Assembly (NCBI GenBank): GCA_003344405.1
Contig: NOWV01000020.1
Span: 310,001 to 374,000 of the forward strand
DNA length: 64,000 bases
Source of the DNA: Trichoplax sp. H2
Taxonomy: Eukaryota
Reading direction: 5' to 3'
Shown here: positions 37,226 through 50,951 of the stretch, piece by piece
How the letters are laid out: each line of letters begins with the position of its first letter
How positions within the stretch are numbered: the stretch's first letter is position 1
Notes under the pieces: model-generated
Told to the model about the DNA's origin: nothing
Seen by the model: only the letters and a program-made list of their open reading frames with translations
Databases searched by the model: none
Position numbers and translations under genes: made by a program

Positions 37226-40179
37226 ATGGCTACTAACCCGGAGAATGAATTACGACAAGTTGCACAACCATTACTTTCACCTTCTATCAGCTATGCTTAC
37301 ACTAACCTCTGTGTAACAATAATAAAGCGATTATACTCGGATGAATTGTAAGCCAGATTTATTTTGCAGGCTATTAGGCTACTAATCTGTTTTTAAAAGT
37401 CATGCATTGATTGTTTACGTTTGGAACTTGACAAAATTGGTATCAAAATTTTACCAAGAAATAACATTTATACAAGAAATATTGACATGAAATATCATAT
37501 TTTCCTGAATAGGCAACATCAAACTAGCTCATTAATTCAGTATTACTTCTCCTGCTAAAATAAGGATAAAAAGTCTCTCAAGATAGTTTGATTCTTAATG
37601 TATTTTAGTAATGCTTGGTGTATAATACGTAGGATAATGACATCATCGGTAGCATGTACAAAAACTCTTAATTAATACATCGAACCAGCTGACTACTTCA
37701 CTTTAACTACTGTAGATAACGTTGCATGATGTTATTTGCGTATATCTTGATCAGAATCCAGTAGTACCGTAATCTTATTTGGAATGCTAACTTAATCTTT
37801 ATTGTGAAGAATACAAATAGAACACGATAAATCAAATCAAACAACCAAATAATACGTGCACCCTACGATATACTGTACTCGTCGTACGTTAGGCATATCA
37901 TGCCATTTTCCCCTTTTGCATGAAACTTTTCTGCCTATATAGAAATGAATCTTCCTTCTACCAACGTACAAACTCTAGTATCAATTGACTGATGATGTAA
38001 TTCATCAGTTTACAACTTGAACCCTTTCCTAACTAGACACGTATACTTTTCTTACAGAGAATGGTCCAAAAGCATTATCGATCAGTTAAGTGATCACCTA
38101 AAATTGACAAAGCCAGGTAAGGTAACACCTCTAAAATTGCGTTTGTAAACATCGATACCTAGTCATGATGCCTGCTTTATTGATCCGCTCTCATATTGAC
38201 TAGTCCATGATGCTATGGTGATGGCATTACAAGAGGATACTACTGAGGAAGCAGAGGAAACATTACTAACTCTCCTACGTGAAGATATCAAGCCGATAGA
38301 AAAATTAATTCTTCTACCTCAGGTAAAAAGTCATCAAACACATTCATTTTTAAATCTGAGTAACTAGAAAGAGGGCTAGTTCTATGTTTAAACGTATCTT
38401 GACACTTTTGCATTTTGTAACGAAACCATTCTATATATTCAAATGAATTATAAACTTTAAAATTTCGTATCCATATCAATCTTCCAAATAAAGTCATTAG
38501 TAAGTTTATTACAACGATTTGACTTCTTATTCAATTCTTGTGACCGTACTAGGATTTAGTCACGCTGGGATTACACTTAGGTAGGTTCAGTAACTTAACC
38601 GACTAGTTTTTTGTCTTTATGATTTTTACAGTTCTTGATACAGTACTTGATATGACGTTACCTTTCCTCACTAAATTCGTTTAAGCTAGCCTATGGTCTT
38701 CAATAAAGAACGCAAATAAAATTATCAGTAAAATGTATTTCCTACGTTAATTTTCTATTCCATAATTTTTACCTCACACTGACTGCAGGATATGATGCTA
38801 GAACGAGAGTATTAATTAAAGAATTGGCTTCGACATTGTCTATACCCTGGTTTCTTATGGAATCGTTTGAAAGTAACATTGTGCAAATGATTTCAGGCTA
38901 CTGTGAATCTGAGTAAGAACATGTATAAAGTACTCGATACTGTACATGTAAAAAATAAAAAGCTATTGATACAGTACAGATACCGTTATATATACGCGTA
39001 TACGTTTATGTAAGATGCATATACCTGTATTTTAATCTTTCTATGTATTTCCTTACTGTCTCCTCCAGAGAAGACAAAAAAAATCGTCTAAAAAGAAAAG
39101 CAAGTGATAAGAAAACAAGGTACTGGCTAATGGGATTAGCCACAGTCGGTGGTGGGATTGCTGTAGCTGTTACCGGAGGCCTAGCTGCACCTTTGATTGC
39201 GGCTGGAACCGGCGCTATACTAGGAACAGCCAGTGCAACAGCATTAAGTTCCACGGTCGGTTTGGCAGTCATTTCCTCTCTATTTGGGGCGGCAGGTGCT
39301 GGACTAACAGGTTATAGAATGAATCGAAGATATGGTAATCTTGAACAATTTCAATTCGCTATCTTAACTAATGGTAGAGAGCCACATTTAACTATAGCTA
39401 TATCAGGCTGGTTGCTTAACAGCTCCGAAAGTGACTTCCACAAACCGTGGTCGACATTATACAATAGTAAAGAGCAATATACTTTGATATGGGAAACCGA
39501 GTACTTAAACGAATTAGGATCATGTTTAAGCAAGCTATTTTATAGCACTTTAATCTCTGAAGCTTCTATAGAGGTTTTAAAGCAGACTGCTCTAGCTGGT
39601 GTAATGGCTGCGGCTGCCTTACCAGCCATAATATTAAAAGTTGGTTCTGTAATTGATAACCCCTGGAGTGTATGTTGTAGCCGAGCAATTCAAGCGGGAA
39701 AACAATTAGCTGACGTATTACTGACAAGAAAGGCTGGTAAAAGACCCATAACTTTAATTGGTTTTAGCTTAGGTGCTAGAGTAATATACTATTGTTTGGA
39801 AGAAATGAGAAATCACAGCGACTGTAAGGGGATAATCGAGAATGTTATCTTACTTGGTACACCTGTCACTGGATCTACCAAGCAGTGGAATGAGATTGCC
39901 GAACTTGTAGCTGGTAAGGTTGTCAATGGATATTGTCGCAACGATTGGATATTGCATGTTATTTATCGCGCTAGCAGTACGAATTTAGCAATAGCTGGCC
40001 TTTCCCCCATTGAATCTACAAATAGTAAAATTATCAACGTAGACTTATCGAAGCATGTCTCTGGTCACTTAGATTACGCTGCAAAAATGGAATTGATCTT
40101 GGAAACAGTAAACGTACGCACTGTTAATCGTTATCATGAGGAAAAAATAAAATATGAGAAACAAGTACAAGAACAGTGA
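37226..40179 (+). CDS. TMCO4: TMCO4 (DUF726, alpha/beta-hydrolase-like membrane protein), multi-exon with a long last exon
   Basis: Exon 1 MATNPENELRQVAQPLLSPSISYAYTNLC; GYDARTRVLI; RYWLMGLATVGGG..VTGGLAAPLIAAG; IDNPWSVC; GKRPITLIGFSLGARVIYYCL; GHLDY. Confidence 0.93.
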
Positions 40180-42555
40180 TAGTATTATCGCTCCATTTTC
40201 GTAAAATACGGTATTTACTGAAGGTTAAGATCCATTTAATGGATTTAAAAGATTCCTATAGAATAGTGACTGATCATTAGCATTCTCACAAGTTATACAA
40301 ATATTATAAAAATGCCCGAACTGATGTACTGATGTAATTTATACTATATAAAATTTTTATATCACTTATTTTCGATACCTTTACGGTAAAATGTCAATTT
40401 AATTGCATCTGCAAGCAAAACATGGATATAAATTATTAGCTGCCTTATTACAGGTTCAAAGTTGAAAATACGCGTACTTACATCAAAGGTCTTTCTAGAT
40501 AGGCACTCATATACCATACTTTAAGTTATCTTTAAAATCCACTACCAACCAACTACCGCGATTTTTCAATCACTTTAAAGAATTAGGTAATCAGCCTTAC
40601 ACTTTTTCTTAATGCCATTATTTCTACTGATAGAAAAAATTTAGTTATCAAATGAAGGATTAGCTATCTTCTGAATTCGAATCAATATAAAGATATCCGA
40701 TATCTGCAGCGTGCACTTACTAAACTAAGAATTTACTATTAACCATAATAACCAAATGGAGAATAGTAAAATTTTGCGCGTAGTTTATCAAATAATATAA
40801 ATTGGATTAAAATTAATTAAAATGCATTTAACCGTAACGTTGGTGAAACTTTTTTCCGCTATATGTGACAAAAACTCATCATTAAAAATCATGACGATGC
40901 AAGATGGATATAATTTAGTTATATTCGTTATTGATTTAGTTTTGATTAAAGGGAGTTCTGAAAATACTGCAATAAATATGTAACGATGTATAGGAAATGT
41001 CAATATTTAACTCAGTTATTTAAAAAGCATCTCATTCTATCTGGATGAAAATTGCAATTTCTAAGAGCATATACTTTGACGCTATTAAAATTACTGGACA
41101 ACGACATGGTTACCCGTAATTTTATGTTTCGATTTCGAAGAACAACTTTTTAAATTTTTATGCCGGCTTATCAAATTACTGAAAACCACGTCGTTTAGAC
41201 TGTCATAATATTTATTATTCATTAGGATACTGCAAATCTAATATACGGGCATGGTAAATATAAGAATTACTTAATTACTTTGAAGTGAGATTTACGTATT
41301 GCATCTGTTAAAAGTAATTTGATTATATTTCCTTTAAATTGTATTCATAGCATTTGATAAAATTTCAATCTAAACTAGATCATGATACGAGTATATCCTA
41401 TACCCTAAATCTTATTCATATTGATAGGAACGACTTTAACCTCACGTTAAAACATCTAAATTTGTCTGTTTTATGAAAATCTCTATGTACCAAGTCAATG
41501 TTTACTGTATAGATTCGAATAAATCGTTAAATTTAACATTTATCTGCATAAAATTTTACAAGCTTTTCCAAATAGCAATACATCAGAGCATCTTTAAAAC
41601 TGTCAATTTTACAGTAAAACTACTAATAACGGGAATACTAACGTATTTCCTGTGATTATTGTAGCTAAAATCTACATTAATGATGAAATATGTAAAATTT
41701 ACTCTCGATGACTTGCTAGTCATTAATAATTTTATTCGATCATCACTACGCGGCAAAATTATGTTTTGTCCTGTACATCACGTACGATCAGATCTTGTGT
41801 AGTTTTGATATAAATGATTGCAATAATGTGGTATGAGAAATAAGAAAATTATGTCTCATTCGTGCTCGAACTTTTCCTTAGCCAGCAAAAAGGACGATGC
41901 AATTTCTATCTGATTTAATAATCTGAAAATGGAAAATGTTTCTACAAAAGGCAATAAAAGTTTCGGAAATTTTTCATGCAAATGGATAGTTGTCATATAT
42001 CGAATTGACTAACGCTCAGTCATGCCGATTACATTAATTTATCAGTGATATTATATTTCAAACTATAGATACCTAGACTCTACACTATACGAGCATTTCA
42101 AAAAGCGATCAAATTTAACATGTACTTGTCTTAAAGATCTATTTAATCATATAGTATTCACTACTGTATATGCTCCATATCATATGAGAGTATAATTTGA
42201 TAAATCTGATCATTTTATGACCTTAAATCATTAGTAAACTACGACCACTTTGTATAATATTTAATAATTCAGATAGGCGTAAATACCGAGAATCTTGAGC
42301 TTATTTATTAATGAATAAGAAAATTCAAATCATTAGCAATTAGCGCTTCTCGGATTAAGTTTCAATTTACTTGCCAAATTACAGCTGGAACATCTAATGA
42401 AATTAAATCTAAGAATTATATCTCATTTCTTTATCTTCTATTTAATATTTCGTATTAGCGGTATCTAAATGATATCATGACTACTGAGCTTTATCAGCAA
42501 AAACAGTTGCAGAATTAAAATTATCTCAGCAGTGTGAATTTTCTCTAATAAGTAA

Positions 42556-43494
42556 CTATGGCCTATGATAAGTGACCATGTTGTATTGGACGCTGGCAGT
42601 TTTATCTTTAACTCCAAAATGTCCATAAGGTACAGTACTATAGACCTTTTCATTACTTTGTCCATTAATTCGGCATGTCACTTTTCCATAGACAAGGGAA
42701 CCACCACCGATGACCTCATCTACAGACGACCAGATGCTGAAAATATAGCTAGCCTCTCTGCTGGAATCTGCATTTAATTCTTCTAAAAAGTCTGAAACTC
42801 CATAAGGACCTGTGCCAAGATACAAGTAACCAGGATAGAAACCATTTGTATTGCCACAAGTAGGGGTAGTTGGTCCAGAAAAATAGCAGGAGGAAAGACC
42901 AAGATTAGCACCAGCAATGCCAATAAAGGTATCAACAAAATTCAACCGACTGCCAAGATTATAATATCCACCATTAAGAGAATCATGACCACTACCACCT
43001 TTAATAGCTTTACGTGCTAATGTAACTCCCATGGAATGACCAATAACATTAACCTTGGATTTACCAGTATATGACTTAACGGCTTCAATAAACCTTCGAA
43101 CTCGAGTCAAATATGGCTTAGAGTGGTACTGTTGAGGGGATTGCAGAGCACTTGCTGGGCCCCATGTGATAGCATATAGCTCACATTGACGATATCCACG
43201 AGATAAAAAATATTCAATAGAATCAGTCCAACCAGTTTGTCCTACAGTAGAGCCAACAGCTTTGTCGGAATTTCCATGGATGAAAATGACTGGGGTTTTA
43301 CTTACACTTTCAGAGCTGTAGGATCTTCCACCATAGCTGTAGCCACCACCACGATCAAAATCATCACTTTTATATCCATTTGAATCAAGCCAATTCTGAA
43401 AATCACTGGACAAGATTGAAGTTTTTGGATTGATAGCGCTAGAAACCCAGCAAAAAGCACAAAGTACGAAAAAGTAGGTAGCTATTCTCTTCAT
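42556..43494 (-). CDS. Secreted class-2 lipase/esterase (Lipase_2-like), intronless, 312 aa
   Basis: Hydrophobic signal-peptide-like N-terminus; PVIFIHGN oxyanion motif; GHSMG nucleophile elbow; ELYAITWG; candidate catalytic Asp (SSVDEVIG) and His (YGH). Confidence 0.9.
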   Translation of the reverse strand: MKRIATYFFVLCAFCWVSSAINPKTSILSSDFQNWLDSNGYKSDDFDRGGGYSYGGRSYSSESVSKTPVIFIHGNSDKAVGSTVGQTGWTDSIEYFLSRGYRQCELYAITWGPASALQSPQQYHSKPYLTRVRRFIEAVKSYTGKSKVNVIGHSMGVTLARKAIKGGSGHDSLNGGYYNLGSRLNFVDTFIGIAGANLGLSSCYFSGPTTPTCGNTNGFYPGYLYLGTGPYGVSDFLEELNADSSREASYIFSIWSSVDEVIGGGSLVYGKVTCRINGQSNEKVYSTVPYGHFGVKDKTASVQYNMVTYHRP

Positions 43495-44099
43495 TTTTTT
43501 TTCGCTGAAAATTTTTATCGGCTAATATAAAATCAACCTAAACGATCTTACACCGACACGTATTATTTATACGTGATACATAATATAATTTATGCGATAA
43601 TATTTAGATAGGACAATAAATTTGGTTTCAGTCAATTTCAATATTATTCTTTCTAAGACCAATAGTAACCTTCAATTTAATTGAGCAGTGGCATGTTATG
43701 ATATGTAACATTATGAGTTAATGCCTTGACTTTACAATTTTGAATTCATGAATTAAATAATCACTTAAAGTAGGCGATGGATACAAGGACAATTAAAAAT
43801 GAGAACAATACATGTTTGTGTCATCTATGCATCGTAAATAATTTTTAAGACGTGATCTTTCCGTTATCCCTTCTTCATTCAACATGCTAAAGCTCTTCCA
43901 CTCCATTAACCAAAAGATAGTTATCTTGATATATATCATTGTCTATTAAATATCTTATCGATCCACAGATCTGTTTGCTACAGCTATATGCAATGCAATA
44001 GAGTTGAGCTATATTTGAGTTAGAATGTAGGTGTGTCACGAAGTGACTTTTCCTGCAAAATACTTATCTTATATATACGCGTATATATTTATTTACGTC

Positions 44100-44240
44100 A
44101 GATAACATACCGTTATCTATGATGTTATACATTCTTTAATAGATAAATGCATAATTTTATAATATTATCTATTACGGATAACTAATGTTTACGTAGAATT
44201 AGTATAAATTGAATGATTTTTCAAGAAAGCTTGAGTTCAG
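44100..44240. repeat. Dispersed degenerate repeat, copy 1 (copy 2 at about 46310-46460)
   Basis: Blocks ataccgttatctatga, atagataa, gcata.ttttataa and tataaattga.t.atttt occur in the same order at both sites. Confidence 0.65.
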
Positions 44241-45209
44241 CTTTGTCTAAGAGAGACTAGTGGTATTTACTGTTCTTCGAGACGATAGGAGACTGTCAGT
44301 ATTTAAAGCCGTGTAATAATTATATTTTTCGTCGTTACAGATCTAAATTTGTGACAAGCTTATAGTGCTTTAATCCTTCACTTTTTACTTGTTAGTAGAT
44401 GTTAACTCAATAGCGATATTCTGAAGAAGCTATCCGTCGATTTGCTAACAATTTTAGGATTACATAAAATTGAATTGATTACATATCATAGTCTTTTATG
44501 AATTTTACCCTCTGATTAGACTAAAAAACCATGCAAAATTGATGGCCTATTAACAGAAAACACTTCGGGCTTTTATTTTAATAGCCATTGAATGCCTTTG
44601 CATACCAGTATCACTAATCACAATATCGCTATTAACAGTTCTTCCTTCTAACTGTTTCTAAGCTTGCAATGCAAATATCATCTATTTCAAACGATAGCTA
44701 GAAATAAATCATTCTAAATATATTAATCGATTAACCGAAATGGTTCCATAGCATTGGTGAAAGAAAGTGTACCTGAAAATTTTTTATTTTAAATTCTTTA
44801 GGAATAATCATGTAAGAGACTAATTTCAAATTATCCTTGTATTATTACATAATTATTAGAGATAATTATCAATGCAAGTAAATATTGAATCAGATAATCA
44901 AAATAAAGTTTTAGTTTCAATGCCTAGTTGCGCTATTTATTTATCTTATATTTGACCTTCTACAGAATATCGCAGTTTACCTCATTATTAACATTGTATT
45001 TCATATAAAGACTTTGTATTCACGATGATCGTTATTACTACGTGCCATTTTCTATCGGCTATAACGCTGCCACAATTGTTTAACTTTGCAATGTCTGAAA
45101 ATGACAGACTCATGTTAACATTTCCTTAATTTAGATCGTAACATGAAGCTTTGCTTACTCCACACCGATAATTTTACTAACGATAGATTTAATTTGCACT
45201 TTATGTTGC

Positions 45210-45452
45210 TGTATATGGTATCCAGACAATTCCTCCTCCCGATATTTGCCCCCGGACAACTCCCCGTCTCGAATATTTGTACAATTATTACTAGTAATTC
45301 AACCCAGTACATCTTTAATAAGAAAGGTAATGCCTTAAATAACTCTTTCATGAAGAATTAGCTTTCATAAGCTAATTTTGTTTCTACCATATCGCAAATG
45401 TGTTTGGTTATCGGGGGTAGTTTTCCGGGGGAATTGTCTCAGAACTGCTGTA
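45210..45452. mobile_element. MITE-like remnant with imperfect GC-rich terminal inverted repeats
   Basis: Left end agacaattcc...cccccggacaactcccc; the reverse complement of the right end is agacaattcccccggaaaactacccc. The interior is AT-rich and non-coding. Confidence 0.55.
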
Positions 45453-46309
45453 CAGACAGTACAGTATAGATGTAATAAAATAAAAAACGAAACAGATTAG
45501 CGCTGCATGTTTAAGTTTCGAATGAATAAGAATAATAGACATAGAATACATATAGAAGTAATTAATCCGATTACTATAGCATGATCCCATAGGATTAAAT
45601 TGATTTCATTAATTTCATTCTCATAGCTAAATCTACTGTATTATACTTTAGGTCTTTCTTTAACGTTATAACTAAAGCTATGACGTTTCCTAATTCACTA
45701 ATGCTAACTTTAGCTTTGAATATTCTAAAACCTTCATTGCTCTGTTCCGTAGTTAGCATACAACAGCGTCGCAAGCATACATCTCCATAACTAATATATG
45801 TATAGATGTTTTAAATATGTTATATTTTTGACGTGCATATCTAACGTAATATTTAATATCATAATAAAACGATCTCGGTCGATTGTAAAGATTATTTTAA
45901 ATATAATAGCAAAATATTAAACATGTTTAAAATTTTCGTTAATGCTTACAAGAATTGCTGAAGCGACGCACATATGTTCAATTTCTTATACGATTCTACA
46001 AATAGGTTTATTAAATGATGTCCGATCCGGTGGGCATTGACCATTTGTAGCGTATAATTTCGGTGTTGAACTTTAAACCATGCACAGTAGGTAATTCAAT
46101 TTACTGCAAATGTTATGCAGTGATCTAAATTTATAAAAAATGAAAGTCTACTAGGGTTACAGTACACGTATACTCACCATACAGTAATTGTACTACAATG
46201 TCATAGCATTATTACTGCGTAGCTATTAAACTGATTTAGTGTCACAAACCGAATTCTTGGACAACTACTTGTCTCATTTTCACTAGATAAGATATTTTGG
46301 TGTTTTGTT

Positions 46310-46460
46310 GATAATACCGTTATCTATGACACTACAGTATAACATAATTTTATAGATAACAGCATAGTTTTATAAAAACTATCACCTAATAATTAGTTAA
46401 AGTTTTATATATAAATTCTCTATAAATTGATTAATTTTTAAATAAAGTTCGGCTCCAGTT
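46310..46460. repeat. Dispersed degenerate repeat, copy 2 (copy 1 at about 44100-44240)
   Basis: Same ordered blocks as 44100-44240. Confidence 0.65.
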
Positions 46461-47471
46461 TATTCAACAATAGCATTAACTGATTTACGTGTCCTTATCA
46501 AGGGAGTACTTTTATCACTCCAACGTTTATCAACAGCCAATTAATTACTAAAGTTTGTACAAGAAAAGTAAATCTACAGTACCACAGTTCTAGAAACTAT
46601 TCAAGTACAAGCCTGCTGTCAGGCCTGTCAGCTCGACATCTACCTACTGGAGGTTATAGCAAACTACTCGTCTCTCAAATAGACAAGTAATAAACATGTA
46701 TGCTTGACGGTCAGTTTGTGCTGTTGCCATCAGTAGCTTAATACGTGCGTGCTCTAACGATTCTAAGTCATAGCTTAGAATCGTTCAGTTTCATAGCTAA
46801 GAATGCAGACGGTTGTTTATTAATGTTAACCTTCAGGCGTACAAAACGGGTATACTCTTATGGACGCACACAAGTAAAATTAAAGATATACAAGTAGGTA
46901 GATGTTACATTAAAGACGGCACTAGTTCGGATTCAAAAGGAGACTCGTACCTGTATCAGACTGTGTATAAAAAGCAGTTCCTATGGCCATACTACCAACT
47001 CGGTGACTACTCTGGCAATCTAATGCTGACCATGAAGCAATATCACAATTATAATCGTAAAATTTCTAACTACTTGAAATACTGCGTAGTTACATATGTA
47101 TGAACTTTGTAACAAGAGCTTCATCTAACTTGCTTTTTTAGTGACTTTATGTCTATCGATAAAAATTCGTTTTTATACCGCGTCATACTGTGTGTATATA
47201 TTATTAAAATAAATATATATAATCAACAAGAAATACTGTAGTGAGAAAATGATGCTAGCGATACAGTTGCAGGATCATAATAGAGGATGCAAATGCATAA
47301 ATCATGTATTTCATAATCACGCTTATTCAACAAAGATTCAACATAAAATAAAGATTATTGTGAAATCTAATTTGAAACTACTGAATTCTATTCAATTTGT
47401 AGCTTACATGATCATAATTAATGAAAATACTACGATTGATTTCCTTGAAAATAACGGTGAGCATGGTTTCA

Positions 47472-49137
47472 TCAAGCATGCTTTAAAGCTTCCTTTTTAC
47501 TAAGATTTGACAATTTATCTTCGTTTTCTTTCACAAACTTTTTAACAGCTTCTGGGTTGACCCGAAATTGATTTCTTAACGCCCAGCCAATGGCTTTCCT
47601 AATGAAAAAGTCTTTTTCTGCGGCACATGCGAGACTATATTTAAATAATTTTTTTTGATCAGTTTTTTCTTTATAATATAACTGGTGTAGAATAGCCGTT
47701 CGTTTAAGCCAAATGTTATTGTCAGCAATCCATTTATCTAGAATAGGGCCTAAGACATCAGGATTGCTTTTGTTCAATTCGCCTATAACTAAATCATTAA
47801 TGAATTCCTTAAAAAGAAATCATCTTAAATTCAATAAATGATTAATATAATTAAAGATTGATAGCATACAAAGAGCTACACAATCAATCTTGTACGTTAT
47901 AAAGTTTTAACCTCTTGGCGCAAGAGTATCGACACAGTCCCACCAAGACTTGTTCGTTATCATACTTTCAATAACCTCAACACTCTTTTTTAATTCATCA
48001 TCCGAATCACCCGTTAATGCAGGTATAGACTTTGTGGCTAATTCTGCAGCAAAGTACTGTTTACAATGAAAGGAATAAAGATGCTGTTATAATATTGTAT
48101 CCATCTAAATGGAAATGAATTACCGACATAGTCATAGGTATATCATTGTCAACCTGATATTCACGCTGGGGTTTCTTCCATAATTCAGTTAATAGCTGAT
48201 GATATTCATTAAAGGATAAATCTGGTAAATCTTTGCGAACTTGCTTGTCTATCTTTTGCCGTTCAGGTGAGTTAATCCCTAGTTTTATAATCAACATACA
48301 TTGAAAAGGTTAAACTCTTATGATTATATTGATCACCATACTGTAGTATAGGAATTACTATCGAAAGGTGCATGAAATAAAATACGAAACGTTCGTCCGA
48401 TTCAAAGAGTGAATAATTTTGTTTCTTCTCATTACCTGTATTTACGTGTTATTATCGAGGGGCTAATGTGTTCGTAAAATCCTATCAAAACTAATGTGAT
48501 GCTTGATCATTTATCTTTGCTAAGGCTCTGTTGCATTCCGAGCTCATTTACTAATCCAAATATTCGTACGTACATAGACTGTACCAGGTACTTATTTGTG
48601 CAAGTCTAATACTCTTCAACTACAACTTGTAAACAGATCAATCTAGCTTCAGTTGGCGTACATAAGAGTACTTGTTGTTACGAAAACGTACTCCATAACA
48701 GATAGACTCAGCTTGCATTGCATTTTTAATTCCTTAGCATGTACGGATACATTCGACTGGATGTACGTGGATATTGAGCTTAAAACCGATGCAGTGTAAA
48801 TTGCTCTTTAATAGGTCAATTTGATCTAAACTATCCTACAACTCCTATAACAACATTAAGTTATTAACCAACATGAACTACCAATTTGCAGTTTATAATT
48901 ATGATAATACAAGATTCAGAAATGATTGGATACCATATAGTAGTATTTACCATAGTATTCGAATTGATCTCGCATGTACTTTTTCATTGTAACCGCTTTA
49001 TCTGCATTGGCTTTTTGCTGATAGCCTTTTTCCAATAATTTTAATACTTCAGCAACATTGCGCGTTACAGACTTCATTTTCCTGCTTGTTTTATTGGTTG
49101 AGGCTTTAGTCTTTTGGTTTAATCGTTTGACCGGCAT
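47472..49137 (-). CDS. alkD: AlkD-like DNA alkylation repair glycosylase (HEAT-like repeat), copy A; exons 49137-48951, 48278-48154, 48056-47912, 47788-47472
   Basis: MKKYMRDQFEYYG|INSPER; LWKKPQREYQ|YFA; KSWWDCVDTLA; NIWLKRTAILHQL; EKDFFIRKAIGWALR; LSKKEALKH. GT-AG introns keep the frame. Confidence 0.92.
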
Positions 49138-50951
49138 TTTAAGTGAACAAAGTCTTGGAGAATAGTGAGGCACGAAGGAATTGCTTTCTGATGAGCTGCA
49201 AGCCTGCAACCTGCAGCAATCTGTAAACAACTAATGATTCAATTGAGTGACTACTAATCTTATACTGTAGTCTGGACTAGGTTCTGTACGACAGTGTTTT
49301 GACCAGAGTAAGTTGCGAGTGAGTGCAATTCTATACTAATGACATAGTGGCGCAATATAGGTCCGACCACAATGCTGACCGATTACATCAAAATGGAGAT
49401 CATGTTTAACCTGCATAAACATGTTTATTTCGAATAGGAGAAACCGCGGGATATCCGTTTCTATGGCTATTATTATGATTGACAAGGTTACTGAAAACAT
49501 ATTGTGGGCAGTGGCATTACACAGTAAAGTAGAGGCGTAAAAGACATAGCGATTAATACGTATTATAATTATATAATTCATAAAGCATTGAAGGAGAGTT
49601 GACAGAAAATAGAAACCTTCATGTAAGTTTTACAACTAGCTGCTTTTAATAATATAATAAATAGATGATACAGTAAGAAGATTAATAGACTTACGTATGC
49701 TATGTAGACGCTGACATATGCAGCAGTTATAGGCAACTAAGTGCAGGTGCTTGTGCAGCTAGAATTCAAAGACGTTTACTACACTCGGCTATGAAACATG
49801 ATAGATTGCAACAGTGCCTACAGTTTCAATATTACAGAACATCAAATGACTTTTGCTGTTCTAAAGTTAGTTTTGTAACATGCCACTTTAATAAAACATA
49901 CTAGCAGTGATACTGTAGCAGTTCCAGGCAACTGACTCTAGGAACTTGATAGAATACGATTGTAATAAAGGACTAAAAGCAGAGTCCTTTATAGCTTTTA
50001 GTATGTATCTACATTAATTTACTATAGAAAATACCTAGAAAGTGATGGTATCTTTATGTCACCATCTTTTCTTCACTATATATATTTTACTAGGTATTAT
50101 TTAGATTACTATGGGAATAACCTAAGAGCAATCGCCTAATCTAAAGAAAGGGCGTTTGATAGTCTGTTGAGATTATAAATGAATTTGACTTAGTAACAAA
50201 ACACTATCCATAGAGAAAGGGGAGTTATAACATGACAGTAAAGTACTGTAATGCTGGCTATAATCGTACAGTTACCGTACAACTTCATGCTAAAATGTCA
50301 ACTGTCAATACTAATGTCATAAAAGTGGTTATAGTTGTCATATAACATACTAATATGAGAATTTGGTTGTAACAAATTTATTCAAAACATGTTGACAAAC
50401 ATGTTAGACTCGAATAGTATAAAAGGGTCTTGGAGGGAGAGCTAGAGTAACCTCTTAATTTTGTTTTCTAAGATAGATTATAGGTCTTTTATTGCTGATC
50501 CCTAAGAACCTTGTTATATTATAATAAGCTATTTTTAGCCTACGACGTTCTTGGTCTCGGTATTACTGTGTACGGTAGTAGAAGATTAGCTTTAGAGATT
50601 GTTAATATTACGCCTCGATTTATTACGAGAAGAAAAAATATCGCAAAGAGTGAGAGTTCGTCATGTAACTTTGTCGTGTTAATGCGGTGTGGTTACGCTC
50701 GCAAATAGGGTATATAGTGCGTATGAACACCGTTAAATTTATGTACATATAAATACAGATTAAAACGTTCGGAAATTATCCAACAGTTTGCGGTACTTTG
50801 TATATTTTCCGGTGCAACATATTCCATACACCCTTCGGTTATAATGCAAATGTGTAGATCCTATGGATTATAAATGATTCATGAAATAGGGTAGATTATC
50901 TAACTAATCCATCGTAATGCAGATCACAGTTCCAAAAGATACGCCAAGACA

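Noticed and set aside
49180..49225. Possible hammerhead ribozyme (CTGATGAG followed by a gctgca/tgcagc stem)
   Set aside because: The required GAAA after stem II is absent (aatc instead), and stems I and III were not found.
49138..49230. 31-aa N-terminal extension of AlkD-A in the ORF track
   Set aside because: It starts at TTG, and the paralogue begins at the equivalent MPVKRLN ATG.
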